IMG/VR virus record: IMGVR_UViG_3300045988_047162
Length of the DNA: 64,000 nucleotides
Strand: one strand, 5' to 3'
Source of the DNA: a virus
In this document: positions 8,916 to 17,658 of the stretch, one piece after another
Layout of the letters: each line of letters begins with the position of its first letter
Position numbering within the stretch: the stretch's first letter is position 1
Notes under the pieces: model-generated
What the model saw: the letters and a program-made list of their open reading frames with translations, nothing else
Told to the model about the DNA's origin: nothing
Database searches by the model: none
Program-made: the position numbers and the translations under genes

Positions 8916-9104
8916 ATGATCGCGATAGTCGCCATATGCGCCATCGTCGTCAGCGTCATCGGATTCGTCATCATGCTCGGCTCCGTTGACCTCATCGACA
9001 GTAACAGGCCGTCAGGCGACTGGCTGTGGATATTGGGCATGATCCTAGTGGAGGGCGGTGCGATAACCATCCTCATCGACATCGGGATAGGACTCATGAC
9101 ATGA
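8916..9104 (+). CDS. small membrane protein
   Basis: 62 aa with two hydrophobic segments. GGAAGGA RBS. Confidence 0.5.
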   Translation: MIAIVAICAIVVSVIGFVIMLGSVDLIDSNRPSGDWLWILGMILVEGGAITILIDIGIGLMT

Positions 9105-9838
9105 CGGGAGAATCTGAAGTGAGGGACGGCTACACCCGACTCGACAACGGATTCTGGGCCGACGCGAGGATATGCAGGCTCCGCGACGAAATGCCAAGGG
9201 CCGCGCTCATCTACGTCATGGCATTGAGCTGGTGCAGCTGCAACCTCACGGATGGAGACATCGACACCGACCAGCTGACGTACACGCTTGGCGCATCCGA
9301 ACAGGAGATCGAAACCCTCATCGACATCGGCCTGTTCCAACAGACCATCACCGGCGTGCGCATCAACGAATACCAGTCGAACGGGAACCACACCAGAAAA
9401 GAACTCGCCGACCGGACGGCCCGCAACACGGCAAGCAAACGCCGAAGCCGCGCACGGCAGGCATCCGACGACAAGTATTCCGCCGATTTCGAAACCTTCT
9501 GGAAAGCGTATCCACGACACGTTGACAAGCGTCCAGCCTGGAAAGCATGGAAGAACGCCATCCAAGACACGGGCGCGGACACCATCATCAACAGCGCCCG
9601 AGCCTATGCCAGACAGGTCGAGATCGAAGGAACCGAACCCAAATACGTCAAATACGCGGCCACATGGCTCAACGCGGCGGGGTGGGAAAACGAATACGAC
9701 ATCCGACCATCCCTCACCCTCCGCACCAATCCGACCATGATGAGCCGCAACGAATCGAACCGCATGGCGAACCTCAACAGGGCATGGCAGTACATGAGCG
9801 ACGAGGAACGCCAACGGGCGATGGGAGGAACAGGATGA
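9101..9838 (+). CDS. putative replication initiator / replisome-organiser protein
   Basis: wHTH-like N-terminus and the C-terminal motif FETFWKAYPRHVDKRPAWKAWKNA...KYAATWLNAAGWENE, which I recall from phage replication-organiser proteins. Confidence 0.5.
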   Translation: MTGESEVRDGYTRLDNGFWADARICRLRDEMPRAALIYVMALSWCSCNLTDGDIDTDQLTYTLGASEQEIETLIDIGLFQQTITGVRINEYQSNGNHTRKELADRTARNTASKRRSRARQASDDKYSADFETFWKAYPRHVDKRPAWKAWKNAIQDTGADTIINSARAYARQVEIEGTEPKYVKYAATWLNAAGWENEYDIRPSLTLRTNPTMMSRNESNRMANLNRAWQYMSDEERQRAMGGTG

Positions 9839-10296
9839 TAACCAAAGGAGAGGCCGCGATGCTGCTGACCACGATCAACGCGCATCACGGCAACGCCCAA
9901 TGGGACGACCTGCAATTGGACGAGTTCTACCGCGAACTCGACAAGCGCAACAACATCCAAGACATGCGGACGGCGGTCGTGAGATTCTATGCGACCAAAT
10001 CGGACAAGTGGATGCGTGCCGCCGACATCAACATCCTCTGCAAGAAAATCCGCGCAAGCCGGATTCCCGACGAGAACACCATCCAACAGCTCGCCGCCAA
10101 GCATCACGTCACGGCGGACGACTATTGGGAGTTCAAACGTCGCGTCGTCTTCGGCACCGCGCGGGAAGCCCAAGAGTTGGGCGAAGCCGTCAGCAAAGCC
10201 CTCGAACAGGCCGACCGTCCGCAAATCGCATCCAAACCCATCGCACGCCAGCCAACCGTGGACGACGATCTGGGAGACCTGTTCAAAACACCATGA
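9835..10296 (+). CDS. hypothetical protein (replication module)
   Basis: ATGA overlaps on both sides and protein-like composition. Confidence 0.55.
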   Translation: MITKGEAAMLLTTINAHHGNAQWDDLQLDEFYRELDKRNNIQDMRTAVVRFYATKSDKWMRAADINILCKKIRASRIPDENTIQQLAAKHHVTADDYWEFKRRVVFGTAREAQELGEAVSKALEQADRPQIASKPIARQPTVDDDLGDLFKTP

Positions 10297-11045
10297 GCAA
10301 ATGGAAGGAAACCAACAAGTACGGCATCCACGAAAGCAAAGCCGCCTACCGGCATTACACGCGGCGAAGGGACAAGGAAGCTGAAATCCTCAAGGAACTC
10401 GAACCCAATCCGCCAACGCATGTGGACCTGACCGGACTGGAAACCTATATCCAACGATTACGTGAATCCAAGGAGCCAACAATGGACGACAATTATCTCA
10501 TCTGGTTCGACGTCGAAACCAGCGGACTCGACCCAATGTCCGACAATCTACTGGAAGTCGAAGCCAGAATCACCGACATGAAGGGCCTTCAGGTGCCATT
10601 CGCCGACGACCACCTGATATTCCATAGGGTCATCCGTTTCGATGACAATACGCCAATCCGCGCGTTCAACAGCACGACCATCGACATGCATTCCAGAAAC
10701 GGACTCATCAGCGAATGCATGAACGCGAAAGACACGCTCAAAAACGTGGACAAGCAGATGGCCGTCTGGCTCATCGACACGGGCCTCGACCCCGGTCTCA
10801 TGCATCCGGCCGGAACCAACGTCCACTTCGATATCCGATGGCTCGACGTGAACATGCCCAACACGAGCGGCATCCTCCACAAGCTCAGCCACAGGCGGCT
10901 CGACCTTACCAGTTTCCGACTCTTGGAACTGGCTCAAGGCGGCGACCCATACGATTGCGGACACGAAACCACGCATCGCACAACCGACTGCCTAAACCGC
11001 GACATCTCCGAATACGAAACCATCAGCAACCAGCAAGGACAGTGA
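10293..11045 (+). CDS. DEDDh 3'-5' exonuclease, oligoribonuclease (Orn)-like
   Basis: IWFDVETSGLDP (Exo I), ...NVHFDIRWL..., HRTTDCLNRDISEYE (Exo III). The enzyme core could alternatively start at ATG 10483. Confidence 0.7.
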   Translation: MSKWKETNKYGIHESKAAYRHYTRRRDKEAEILKELEPNPPTHVDLTGLETYIQRLRESKEPTMDDNYLIWFDVETSGLDPMSDNLLEVEARITDMKGLQVPFADDHLIFHRVIRFDDNTPIRAFNSTTIDMHSRNGLISECMNAKDTLKNVDKQMAVWLIDTGLDPGLMHPAGTNVHFDIRWLDVNMPNTSGILHKLSHRRLDLTSFRLLELAQGGDPYDCGHETTHRTTDCLNRDISEYETISNQQGQ

Positions 11046-11046
11046 A

Positions 11047-11478
11047 ATGACCCTAGAAACCCTTGAAATCCAACCGCTCACCCCAAACGCCACAGTCACA
11101 AGGGCGCACGATTCGGACGCCGGACTCGACCTACACTGCATCGAAGACTTCCACATCGACGGACTAGGCCGCATCATGGTGGGAACCGGCATCGCCATCG
11201 ACCTGCCCGAAGGCTACATGGCACGAGTCTGTCCACGTTCCGGCCTTGCCAGGAATTACGGCATCGACATCCTCGGCGGCATCATCGACGCCGGATACCG
11301 TGGCGAGATCAAAGTCATCCTGCATAACACGTCAACTAGCCGCGTCAACTTCCGTTGCGGCGACCGTATCGCGCAACTCGTCATCACGCCGGTGGAAACC
11401 CCCAGAATCCGCAAGGTCGTCAACTTTACCGACACGACGGAACGTGGAGGAAACGGATTCGGCTCGACCGGACGATGA
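11047..11478 (+). CDS. dut: dUTP diphosphatase
   Basis: DAGLDL, PRSGLA, GIIDAGYRGEI and RGGNGFGSTG motifs. Confidence 0.9.
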   Translation: MTLETLEIQPLTPNATVTRAHDSDAGLDLHCIEDFHIDGLGRIMVGTGIAIDLPEGYMARVCPRSGLARNYGIDILGGIIDAGYRGEIKVILHNTSTSRVNFRCGDRIAQLVITPVETPRIRKVVNFTDTTERGGNGFGSTGR

Positions 11479-11494
11479 ACGACGGGAACCAGTC

Positions 11495-11869
11495 ATGAAA
11501 CGAAACATCTACAACATCCACGGACAACGATTGCGAGACACACAAGCGTCAATGCTTGTCCGCATCGTCGAAACGCATCGAATGCCATCATCCGCGGCCT
11601 ATGCGAAACCGTGGGCCACGTTGGGTTCCCTCATCGACAGGCGTCTCATCATCCCCCTCGCGGACGGCACCTACAAGCCGACCAAGCAAGGCATCGAGAC
11701 CGCCGACGCGATCAGACGATTGGACAGGGGAGAGCCAATACGACGGACAAACATCGCGGAACGTGGCATCAACAGGAACTTCAACAAGTATTGGGACGAC
11801 TACTACTCGCATCCACTCACATACGAATACCACCCCACATTGGAAACAATCTGCGAAAGGAGCCGATGA
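11495..11869 (+). CDS. hypothetical protein (winged-helix-like)
   Basis: ORF in the operon with protein-like composition. Confidence 0.5.
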   Translation: MKRNIYNIHGQRLRDTQASMLVRIVETHRMPSSAAYAKPWATLGSLIDRRLIIPLADGTYKPTKQGIETADAIRRLDRGEPIRRTNIAERGINRNFNKYWDDYYSHPLTYEYHPTLETICERSR

Positions 11870-12090
11870 TGTGGACACTCAGTCCGAAACAGCAGGAAAT
11901 GCTCGCTGACGTGAGCAATATGCAGGGCCAATATCAGGCCGTCGATAACCAGACAAGCAGGGCACTGCTTCGTAATAAGTTCATCCGTCAAGTGAATGAC
12001 CGATTCGAGACGACCAAGGAAGGAGAACGACTGCACATGAAAATCGTGCATCAGGCGTTCGAGAAGGCAAGGATGGCGTTAAATGACTGA
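11866..12090 (+). CDS. hypothetical protein
   Basis: ATGA overlap and AGGAG RBS. Confidence 0.5.
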   Translation: MMWTLSPKQQEMLADVSNMQGQYQAVDNQTSRALLRNKFIRQVNDRFETTKEGERLHMKIVHQAFEKARMALND

Positions 12091-12463
12091 CAATATCAAT
12101 CCATCGCATTACAAGGATGGCCCGTTCGAATGCATCGAACTATCCCGCCTGCTGTCAAGCGACTGGGGGCAAGCCGTCCAATACTGCTTCAGGTGGCAGC
12201 ACAAGAACGGTGTAGAAGACCTGAAAAAGGCGCTCTGGTTCATCAATGATGCGCTCGACCATAACGTACCGTTCCTTGCCGCGCACTGCGGACAGAACGC
12301 CGACATCATCGAAGCCAGACCAATCAGGCTTCTCGGCATTCTAGAAGCCGAGAACTGGGCCGATCTCGAACCATTCTGGAATGAAATCAAGTGGGGATGC
12401 TACAAGAAGGCGGTCAAAGTGCTGACCGAAAAGATCAATGAAATCGAAAAGGAAGGAAAGTAA
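12083..12463 (+). CDS. DUF3310-like phage protein
   Basis: The N-terminal NPSHYKDGPFECIEL pattern is recalled as the DUF3310 signature. Confidence 0.55.
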   Translation: MTDNINPSHYKDGPFECIELSRLLSSDWGQAVQYCFRWQHKNGVEDLKKALWFINDALDHNVPFLAAHCGQNADIIEARPIRLLGILEAENWADLEPFWNEIKWGCYKKAVKVLTEKINEIEKEGK

Positions 12464-12465
12464 TC

Positions 12466-12777
12466 ATGGAACATATCGTGCAGTTCGCCATCAACATTGA
12501 CGACAAGACCATTCAGAACCGTATCGAGGAACACGCCTACACGGACGTGCTCAACAAGCTCACCAAAGAAGCCATGGACACTGTTTTCGCGCACACGAAC
12601 GCGTATTCGCGGGAAAACATGTGGAAGACCGTGCTGGTTGGCGCTTTGCAACGCTTCCTCGAAGAACGCAAGGACGAGATCATCGACAAGGCCGCGAACA
12701 TGCTCGCCGACCGGTTCCAACGGACGAAGAAGTATCGGGAAGCCATGGGTGCCACCATCGCAAAGGACGGTGAGTGA
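12466..12777 (+). CDS. hypothetical protein
   Basis: ORF in the operon with protein-like composition. Confidence 0.55.
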   Translation: MEHIVQFAINIDDKTIQNRIEEHAYTDVLNKLTKEAMDTVFAHTNAYSRENMWKTVLVGALQRFLEERKDEIIDKAANMLADRFQRTKKYREAMGATIAKDGE

Positions 12778-12983
12778 TGGATAAGACGCGTGTGGCCCTC
12801 ACGGCGATCAGCTGCATCACGGTGGTCTTGATTTTATTCATTTGTGGAATGTCACCCAATATCGACAAGAAGACCAATGCGGGTTTCCAAATGGAAACGG
12901 TCAAGACCGGTGACGTGACATGGGCCTGTCTGAAGCATAACGGCGAATACATCGGCTGCAACACGGTGGAGACGGTCAAATGA
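12774..12983 (+). CDS. small membrane-anchored protein
   Basis: N-terminal hydrophobic segment ALTAISCITVVLILFICG. Overlaps the upstream stop. Confidence 0.5.
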   Translation: MMDKTRVALTAISCITVVLILFICGMSPNIDKKTNAGFQMETVKTGDVTWACLKHNGEYIGCNTVETVK

Positions 12984-13189
12984 ATGTTTTCACAGGCAAG
13001 ACCGGCTACATCGTCTGGCCGCAAGGCGATACGGGAGTTCACACATGCCGCGTGTACGACTCACTGGATGAAGCTGTGGGCGCGGCACATTCCAAAGCCG
13101 ACTTCCACCACAGGCCGTATGAGGTGCGTACCGCTTATGAGAGTCCGGCAAGAACTATCAAGACAATCAACCCAAGGAGGCGCCAATGA
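12980..13189 (+). CDS. hypothetical protein
   Basis: ATGA overlaps on both sides. Confidence 0.5.
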   Translation: MNVFTGKTGYIVWPQGDTGVHTCRVYDSLDEAVGAAHSKADFHHRPYEVRTAYESPARTIKTINPRRRQ

Positions 13190-13228
13190 GCGACAAAGTG
13201 AAAGTCGGCACGAGCAAGGTCACGTTCC

Positions 13229-13435
13229 GTGTGCGCGTTCGACTATCCGCAGATCGAACTCGCATCCGTCGAAGTGGATGTGCCGATGTACACGAAGACG
13301 GACAACAAGCTCGACAACATGCAGCAGGGACATGTCACGGCGGACGTGCCGGACGGTTTCAACGAGAAGGTCAAAGACGCATTGCATGTGTTCGCGGACA
13401 CTCTACAGGCATCGTTCAACGAAGAAGGAGAGTGA
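13229..13435 (+). CDS. small acidic protein; the protein-like frame is offset +1 from a strongly signalled start at 13186
   Basis: AAGGAGG-N5-ATG at 13186 opens a frame that turns Arg-rich after about 14 codons. The +1 frame (CAFDYPQIELASVEVDV...) is protein-like from 13202 onward. See findings. Confidence 0.4.
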   Translation: MCAFDYPQIELASVEVDVPMYTKTDNKLDNMQQGHVTADVPDGFNEKVKDALHVFADTLQASFNEEGE

Positions 13436-13436
13436 A

Positions 13437-13988
13437 ATGTTGAGAAGCATTGATTTCAAAACAATGCCTTATCTATTCACTGACAAGGCTGGCACTTGTC
13501 TGACCGTGGAGTTCGACGGGAGGGAACTGGATGACATCTACAAGCAGGTGAAGGCCATGTACGATCAGGCGCATTCGTCTGATGACATGCCCACCGAACC
13601 GGGCTGGTATGTGACTCGGGATGGTGAAGACCTGTTGAGCTATGACGGTGACGCATGGCATATCCACAATCTCGGTGGTGCGGAACCGTTCGTTGACGGG
13701 GATTTGGAAACAATGGACTGGAGTGTGGTCAAACGCACGTTCGATGCTGACGCTTTCCCGCTGATACCAGTGAATCTTAACGATACATCTCGTGCGGAGC
13801 GTCGGTTGACCAATCTCACCAACTTTTTGCACACGCTCATTCATGAGTGTGAGACAGTGCGGGACAACCCATCTTCCGACAAGCATACGAAAGACATCGA
13901 GAATGCCGTCTGCGGAACTGGAATCAACTTCGGCAAAGACCTGCTTGCACGATTGGAAAACGGGGTGTTCGACCATGAAAGTGCATGA
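13437..13988 (+). CDS. hypothetical protein with the recurring GWY...W...AFPLIP module
   Basis: Contains EPGWYVTRDGEDLLSYDGDAWHIHN...DADAFPLIPVN. GGAG RBS. Confidence 0.6.
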   Translation: MLRSIDFKTMPYLFTDKAGTCLTVEFDGRELDDIYKQVKAMYDQAHSSDDMPTEPGWYVTRDGEDLLSYDGDAWHIHNLGGAEPFVDGDLETMDWSVVKRTFDADAFPLIPVNLNDTSRAERRLTNLTNFLHTLIHECETVRDNPSSDKHTKDIENAVCGTGINFGKDLLARLENGVFDHESA

Positions 13989-14244
13989 CCACATCACCGA
14001 CTGGCAGCACCTGCCATCGTCATTCCTCGCTGGCAAGCGTGCGATAGCCACCACCGTTGAGGGAACCACTATCGACGGTTTCCTCCAATCGATGACCACG
14101 AAGTTCAGTAACGGCAGCGGCAGCATGGTGCAACTGATTTTCGAGGGAGTGTTCCAGCCGGTCATCATCAGTCTCAACGGTGGCGAGAACCAACTATGCA
14201 GAGCATACGATTCGATACTCATACTCAACGAGGTGAAGCAGTGA
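13975..14244 (+). CDS. hypothetical protein
   Basis: 14-nt overlap with the upstream gene and protein-like composition. Confidence 0.5.
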   Translation: MKVHDHITDWQHLPSSFLAGKRAIATTVEGTTIDGFLQSMTTKFSNGSGSMVQLIFEGVFQPVIISLNGGENQLCRAYDSILILNEVKQ

Positions 14245-14507
14245 ACAACGAATACGCGGTCAGCATCCGTCGCAGATACATAATGCCTGACCACACCTTT
14301 GATGGATATGAATTGGTCTTATGGCATTGGGACGTGATCGAGAACACTTGGCTTTTCCGTGCCACACGCGACTATCCGATAAGCAAGAGAGTATCAAGGG
14401 GATATGCGTTGTGGAAGGTTCTCAGGGATGCTCAGAAATTGGCGCGGATATTCCAATGCAAGAACTATGCGACCAACGAAGAAGGAATGTGGGACAACAA
14501 TGACTGA
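14241..14507 (+). CDS. hypothetical protein
   Basis: GTG start in a GTGA overlap after a GAGGTGAAG RBS. Confidence 0.5.
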   Translation: MNNEYAVSIRRRYIMPDHTFDGYELVLWHWDVIENTWLFRATRDYPISKRVSRGYALWKVLRDAQKLARIFQCKNYATNEEGMWDNND

Positions 14508-14673
14508 CCTTGATAATCGCATCAGCGAGTATGCGAAATGGATTGAAAGCCGATATGACGACTCGCATGAGCTTCGAGCCAAAGGCAAAAACGGTTACAT
14601 CGACGGCAAGGCCGACGCCTATGAGAGTTCGCTACGCGAGTTCAAACGCATCTTCAACATGAAGGAGGAATAG
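14500..14673 (+). CDS. hypothetical protein
   Basis: 57 aa. Overlaps the upstream stop. Confidence 0.45.
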   Translation: MTDLDNRISEYAKWIESRYDDSHELRAKGKNGYIDGKADAYESSLREFKRIFNMKEE

Positions 14674-15047
14674 TGCTGAAGCGAATGACTGCTTATTGGT
14701 GGGATAAAGACAAAAATGCTGTGGCAATCTCATATAAGGATAACCGCCTGATACTCACCGTCGATGACGCGCAGGCACTCCTTAGACAGCTTGAAATGCT
14801 TCTGCCGGAGAGACCGTCACGCGACGAGCCGGAAGAGCCGGGCTTCTACCGGACACGGACGGGCGCATTTCTTCGCAAGAACAAGAACGGAGCATGGAGC
14901 GCCCTGTTCATCAATGGCGACCTCATTCCACGCTATTGGAACGATCAGGACGATTACGCGAAGTGGAGGACGGTGCTTGACTGCCTGTATCCTCGTGCGT
15001 TCCCGCTTACACCAACCACTGCGCCATATCCGTTGAAGGGTGAGTGA
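14673..15047 (+). CDS. hypothetical protein with the recurring GFY...W...AFPL module
   Basis: GTG start after an AGGAGG RBS. Contains EPGFYRTRTGAFLRKNKNGAWSAL...PRAFPLTP. Confidence 0.55.
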   Translation: MLKRMTAYWWDKDKNAVAISYKDNRLILTVDDAQALLRQLEMLLPERPSRDEPEEPGFYRTRTGAFLRKNKNGAWSALFINGDLIPRYWNDQDDYAKWRTVLDCLYPRAFPLTPTTAPYPLKGE

Positions 15048-15316
15048 TGTTCGGACGGAAGAAGAAAAAGCAGGAGGAGCCGAAAAGTTACCTCAGATGC
15101 CCATACTGCGGTCACGCGCCGGTGATAAACGAAGGCAAATGCACGTATCACAATCCACGTCATACCGTCTACCGGTACGAGTGCGTATTGAAGTGTCTTC
15201 AAGGCGAGGTCTGTTGGACTGCCGAAGATGCGTTCAACTCGTGGATACGCGCTGTCGCACGCTATTACGACGCAGAGGAAGCTATCAGACAATTCTGCAA
15301 GGAGAAGAAATCATGA
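15047..15316 (+). CDS. Lar-family-like zinc-ribbon protein (putative restriction alleviation)
   Basis: CPYCGH...(28 aa)...YECVLKC...CWTAEDAFNSW matches my recollection of the Lar/TIGR03655 pattern (CPFCG...C..C...eEA...WN). Confidence 0.45.
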   Translation: MFGRKKKKQEEPKSYLRCPYCGHAPVINEGKCTYHNPRHTVYRYECVLKCLQGEVCWTAEDAFNSWIRAVARYYDAEEAIRQFCKEKKS

Positions 15317-15465
15317 GTCTGGCTGATGTTTGCTGGAATATTTCAAGCGTGTTCATCGTCATCACATTGGGAGTGATAGCGATACTCTGCGTGCTCATGC
15401 TATTAGGCGTGTTCGTATGCATTTTCGACCATGACGATAAGAACGATAAGAGCAGTAAGGAATAA
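15313..15465 (+). CDS. small membrane protein
   Basis: 50 aa with one long hydrophobic segment. ATGA overlap. Confidence 0.45.
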   Translation: MSLADVCWNISSVFIVITLGVIAILCVLMLLGVFVCIFDHDDKNDKSSKE

Positions 15466-15467
15466 CA

Positions 15468-15701
15468 ATGGCGACGAACGTGACTGAGAAAGACAAGACA
15501 CTGCATGAGGTCATCGACTTTCTGCAAAAAGAGTGGGATGCAGCTAATAACGCTTCTGATAATCCAGACGAAGAAGTGTACGACTTTTACGACGGAATGA
15601 CGACGGCTTACGAGCATGTAATCAATTACTGCCGTCACATGCTCGGCTATTCCGGCTCCATGCCCAGTGAGATGCCGAATCAAAGCGAGGATGCGAAATG
15701 A
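15468..15701 (+). CDS. hypothetical acidic protein
   Basis: ORF in the operon. Confidence 0.5.
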   Translation: MATNVTEKDKTLHEVIDFLQKEWDAANNASDNPDEEVYDFYDGMTTAYEHVINYCRHMLGYSGSMPSEMPNQSEDAK

Positions 15702-16183
15702 GCGCGTACCAACCTGTTCTTGACCCTGCTTGCGGCGGGCGAATGTTTTGGTTCGACAAGTCAGACAGCCGTGTGCTCTTCGGTGACGTGCGCGACGAAA
15801 GTTGGGAACTATGTGACGGACGCAGATTCGAGGTCAAGCCGGACATGCTGATGGACTACCGCGATCTGCCGTTCCCTGACGAGACGTTCCGTATGGTCGT
15901 GCTCGATCCACCGCACTTGCGCAATGCGGGAGAGACGAGCTACATGGCGCAGAAATACGGATGCCTTGACCAAGAGACATGGCAAACAGATATCAAGACC
16001 ATGTTCAGCGAGTGTTTCCGCGTCCTGAAAGAGCATGGCGTGTTGATTTTCAAATGGAATGAGACACAGATACCCGTCTCTCAGATACTCAAGCTCACCG
16101 ACCATAAGCCACTCTTCGGCAACAAACAGCCGAACCGCACCGGAACACATTGGATCGTCTTCATTAAGGATGACGCGAAATGA
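15698..16183 (+). CDS. small SAM-dependent methyltransferase, probably DNA N6-A/N4-C
   Basis: VLDPACGGRMFW (motif I-like) and VVLDPPH (DPPY/H, motif IV). ATGA overlap. Confidence 0.6.
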   Translation: MSAYQPVLDPACGGRMFWFDKSDSRVLFGDVRDESWELCDGRRFEVKPDMLMDYRDLPFPDETFRMVVLDPPHLRNAGETSYMAQKYGCLDQETWQTDIKTMFSECFRVLKEHGVLIFKWNETQIPVSQILKLTDHKPLFGNKQPNRTGTHWIVFIKDDAK

Positions 16184-16269
16184 GCAGTCAATACAAGGTG
16201 TGCCCGCTGTTTTGGGCTGATCTCGGCAGCGACCGTCACTTAATCAATATGGAGGCTAATGATGATTAG
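16180..16269 (+). CDS. possible 29-aa micro-ORF
   Basis: ATGA-coupled to the methyltransferase stop, and ends overlapping the next start. Below the ORF-track size cut-off. Confidence 0.25.
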   Translation: MSSQYKVCPLFWADLGSDRHLINMEANDD

Positions 16270-16513
16270 TCAATACGACAAGGACATGTGTTGCCTGTAT
16301 ATCGCTGAGGGGATGAGCTACATCTGGCAACAACGAGGGGGCCAAGAGCTTTCCCGGATGCTTGAATCATTGGCCGATAGGAAGCTCATGAAGCGTGTCC
16401 ATGGCGGGTATGCGATCACACTCAAGGGCCTGTTGGCAGTCAAGGTGTGGAGACTTCACCTGTTCCTGTTCCATCACCACGATGAATACAAGTACTTCAG
16501 GAGGAAGAAATGA
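16262..16513 (+). CDS. hypothetical protein (wHTH-like)
   Basis: GGAGG RBS with ATG at 16259 or 16262. Confidence 0.45.
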   Translation: MISQYDKDMCCLYIAEGMSYIWQQRGGQELSRMLESLADRKLMKRVHGGYAITLKGLLAVKVWRLHLFLFHHHDEYKYFRRKK

Positions 16514-16989
16514 GCAGGGCTGAGACCACCGCCATGCTGTCCAAGCTGGTGGAGAAACGATTGAGGAATCAGACCGCGTTCTGGGCGAGCGAGGTCAATT
16601 TCGACCGGAACACGCCTGACGACCGGCGAGTGGATTACGTGGGATTCAAGCCATGGAACATCAACGGCGAACCGGTGCCCGCAAGCGTGGAGAAAGGCTG
16701 CTTCGGATTCTACGAGGTCAAGTCATGCATGGCTGATTTCACGAGCGGCAACGGCCTGACGTTCTACGGCGACCAGAACTATCTGGTCTGCACGAAGGAA
16801 CTGTGCGACGAGATCGTATGGCAGAAAATGGTGCCGCCGCGAGTGAACGCGATCCTGACACCGGATTCGACCGGCTCGAAACTGATTCTCGGCCATGTGC
16901 GGTCCAACCACGACCTGTCATACAGGCGGCGTCCCGCAAGCGAAATCCTGTGGGCCATGGTCAAGGCGAACGGAAAGAGGACGAATTGA
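16510..16989 (+). CDS. PD-(D/E)xK-fold nuclease, MmcB-like
   Basis: RVDYVGF...FYEVKSCMADFTSGNGLTFYGDQNYLV resembles the MmcB-like DNA-repair family from memory. Confidence 0.45.
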   Translation: MSRAETTAMLSKLVEKRLRNQTAFWASEVNFDRNTPDDRRVDYVGFKPWNINGEPVPASVEKGCFGFYEVKSCMADFTSGNGLTFYGDQNYLVCTKELCDEIVWQKMVPPRVNAILTPDSTGSKLILGHVRSNHDLSYRRRPASEILWAMVKANGKRTN

Positions 16990-17288
16990 GCATCCTGCTT
17001 GACGAGGCCGACGCTTACGAGCGTGGCATGGATGATGATTTGACTTTCCAGACGGTTCGGGAGCTTGCCGGTACAGCGTACATGGCCGGACGTTCCGCTC
17101 CACCAACTGCCGTTGAGATTGAGGCCGTGGCGAAGAAACTGTTGTGGTGGGACATGGAAGCAGACTGGGAAGACGTCATGCCCAGTGATGACTGTTTCTG
17201 GACTCTGACCGCGCCGGAAATGCGAGCCAGTTATCTCAGGGGCGCTCGGGAAATGCTCGAAATCGCACGGAAGGCGGTAAGCGAATGA
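16986..17288 (+). CDS. hypothetical acidic protein
   Basis: TTG start in a TTGA overlap after an AAGAGGA RBS. Confidence 0.45.
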   Translation: MSILLDEADAYERGMDDDLTFQTVRELAGTAYMAGRSAPPTAVEIEAVAKKLLWWDMEADWEDVMPSDDCFWTLTAPEMRASYLRGAREMLEIARKAVSE

Positions 17289-17494
17289 GCAAAGACATGG
17301 AGAAGATCATGTACATAACCAAGAATGCGTCCTACGCGGTCAACGCGATAGTGATGCTCGCAATCATCATCATACAAATCACCAACAACGCGAACCCTAT
17401 ATCCATAGCGATACTCTCGTTCCTCTACGGAGCATACGTGATGATCGTGTTCGTCATACTGTACGAAGAACACTTGGAGAAGGAATACGAATGA
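17285..17494 (+). CDS. small membrane protein
   Basis: Two hydrophobic segments. ATGA overlap. Confidence 0.5.
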   Translation: MSKDMEKIMYITKNASYAVNAIVMLAIIIIQITNNANPISIAILSFLYGAYVMIVFVILYEEHLEKEYE

Positions 17495-17658
17495 GCCTAC
17501 GAAACCAGGTCCTCCACTACGCGGACCTCGACTACGACGCGGACGAGATAAGCCGCCTGCTGCATGTGGGCAGGAGGCTCGTACTCCAAATCGAAGCCCA
17601 CCGCAACGACCTCGAACCAGCCACGCCAACGGAAGGAGAACAACCAACGCTAATCTGA
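17491..17658 (+). CDS. possible 55-aa protein
   Basis: ATGA-coupled. Sequence MSLRNQVLHYADLDYDADEISRLLHVGRRLV... Below the ORF-track size cut-off. Confidence 0.35.
   Translation: MSLRNQVLHYADLDYDADEISRLLHVGRRLVLQIEAHRNDLEPATPTEGEQPTLI

Noticed and set aside
13186-13443. 85-aa ORF read straight through from ATG 13186.
   Set aside because: After about 14 codons the frame becomes Arg-rich nonsense, while the +1 frame is protein-like. It is reported as a frame discontinuity instead.
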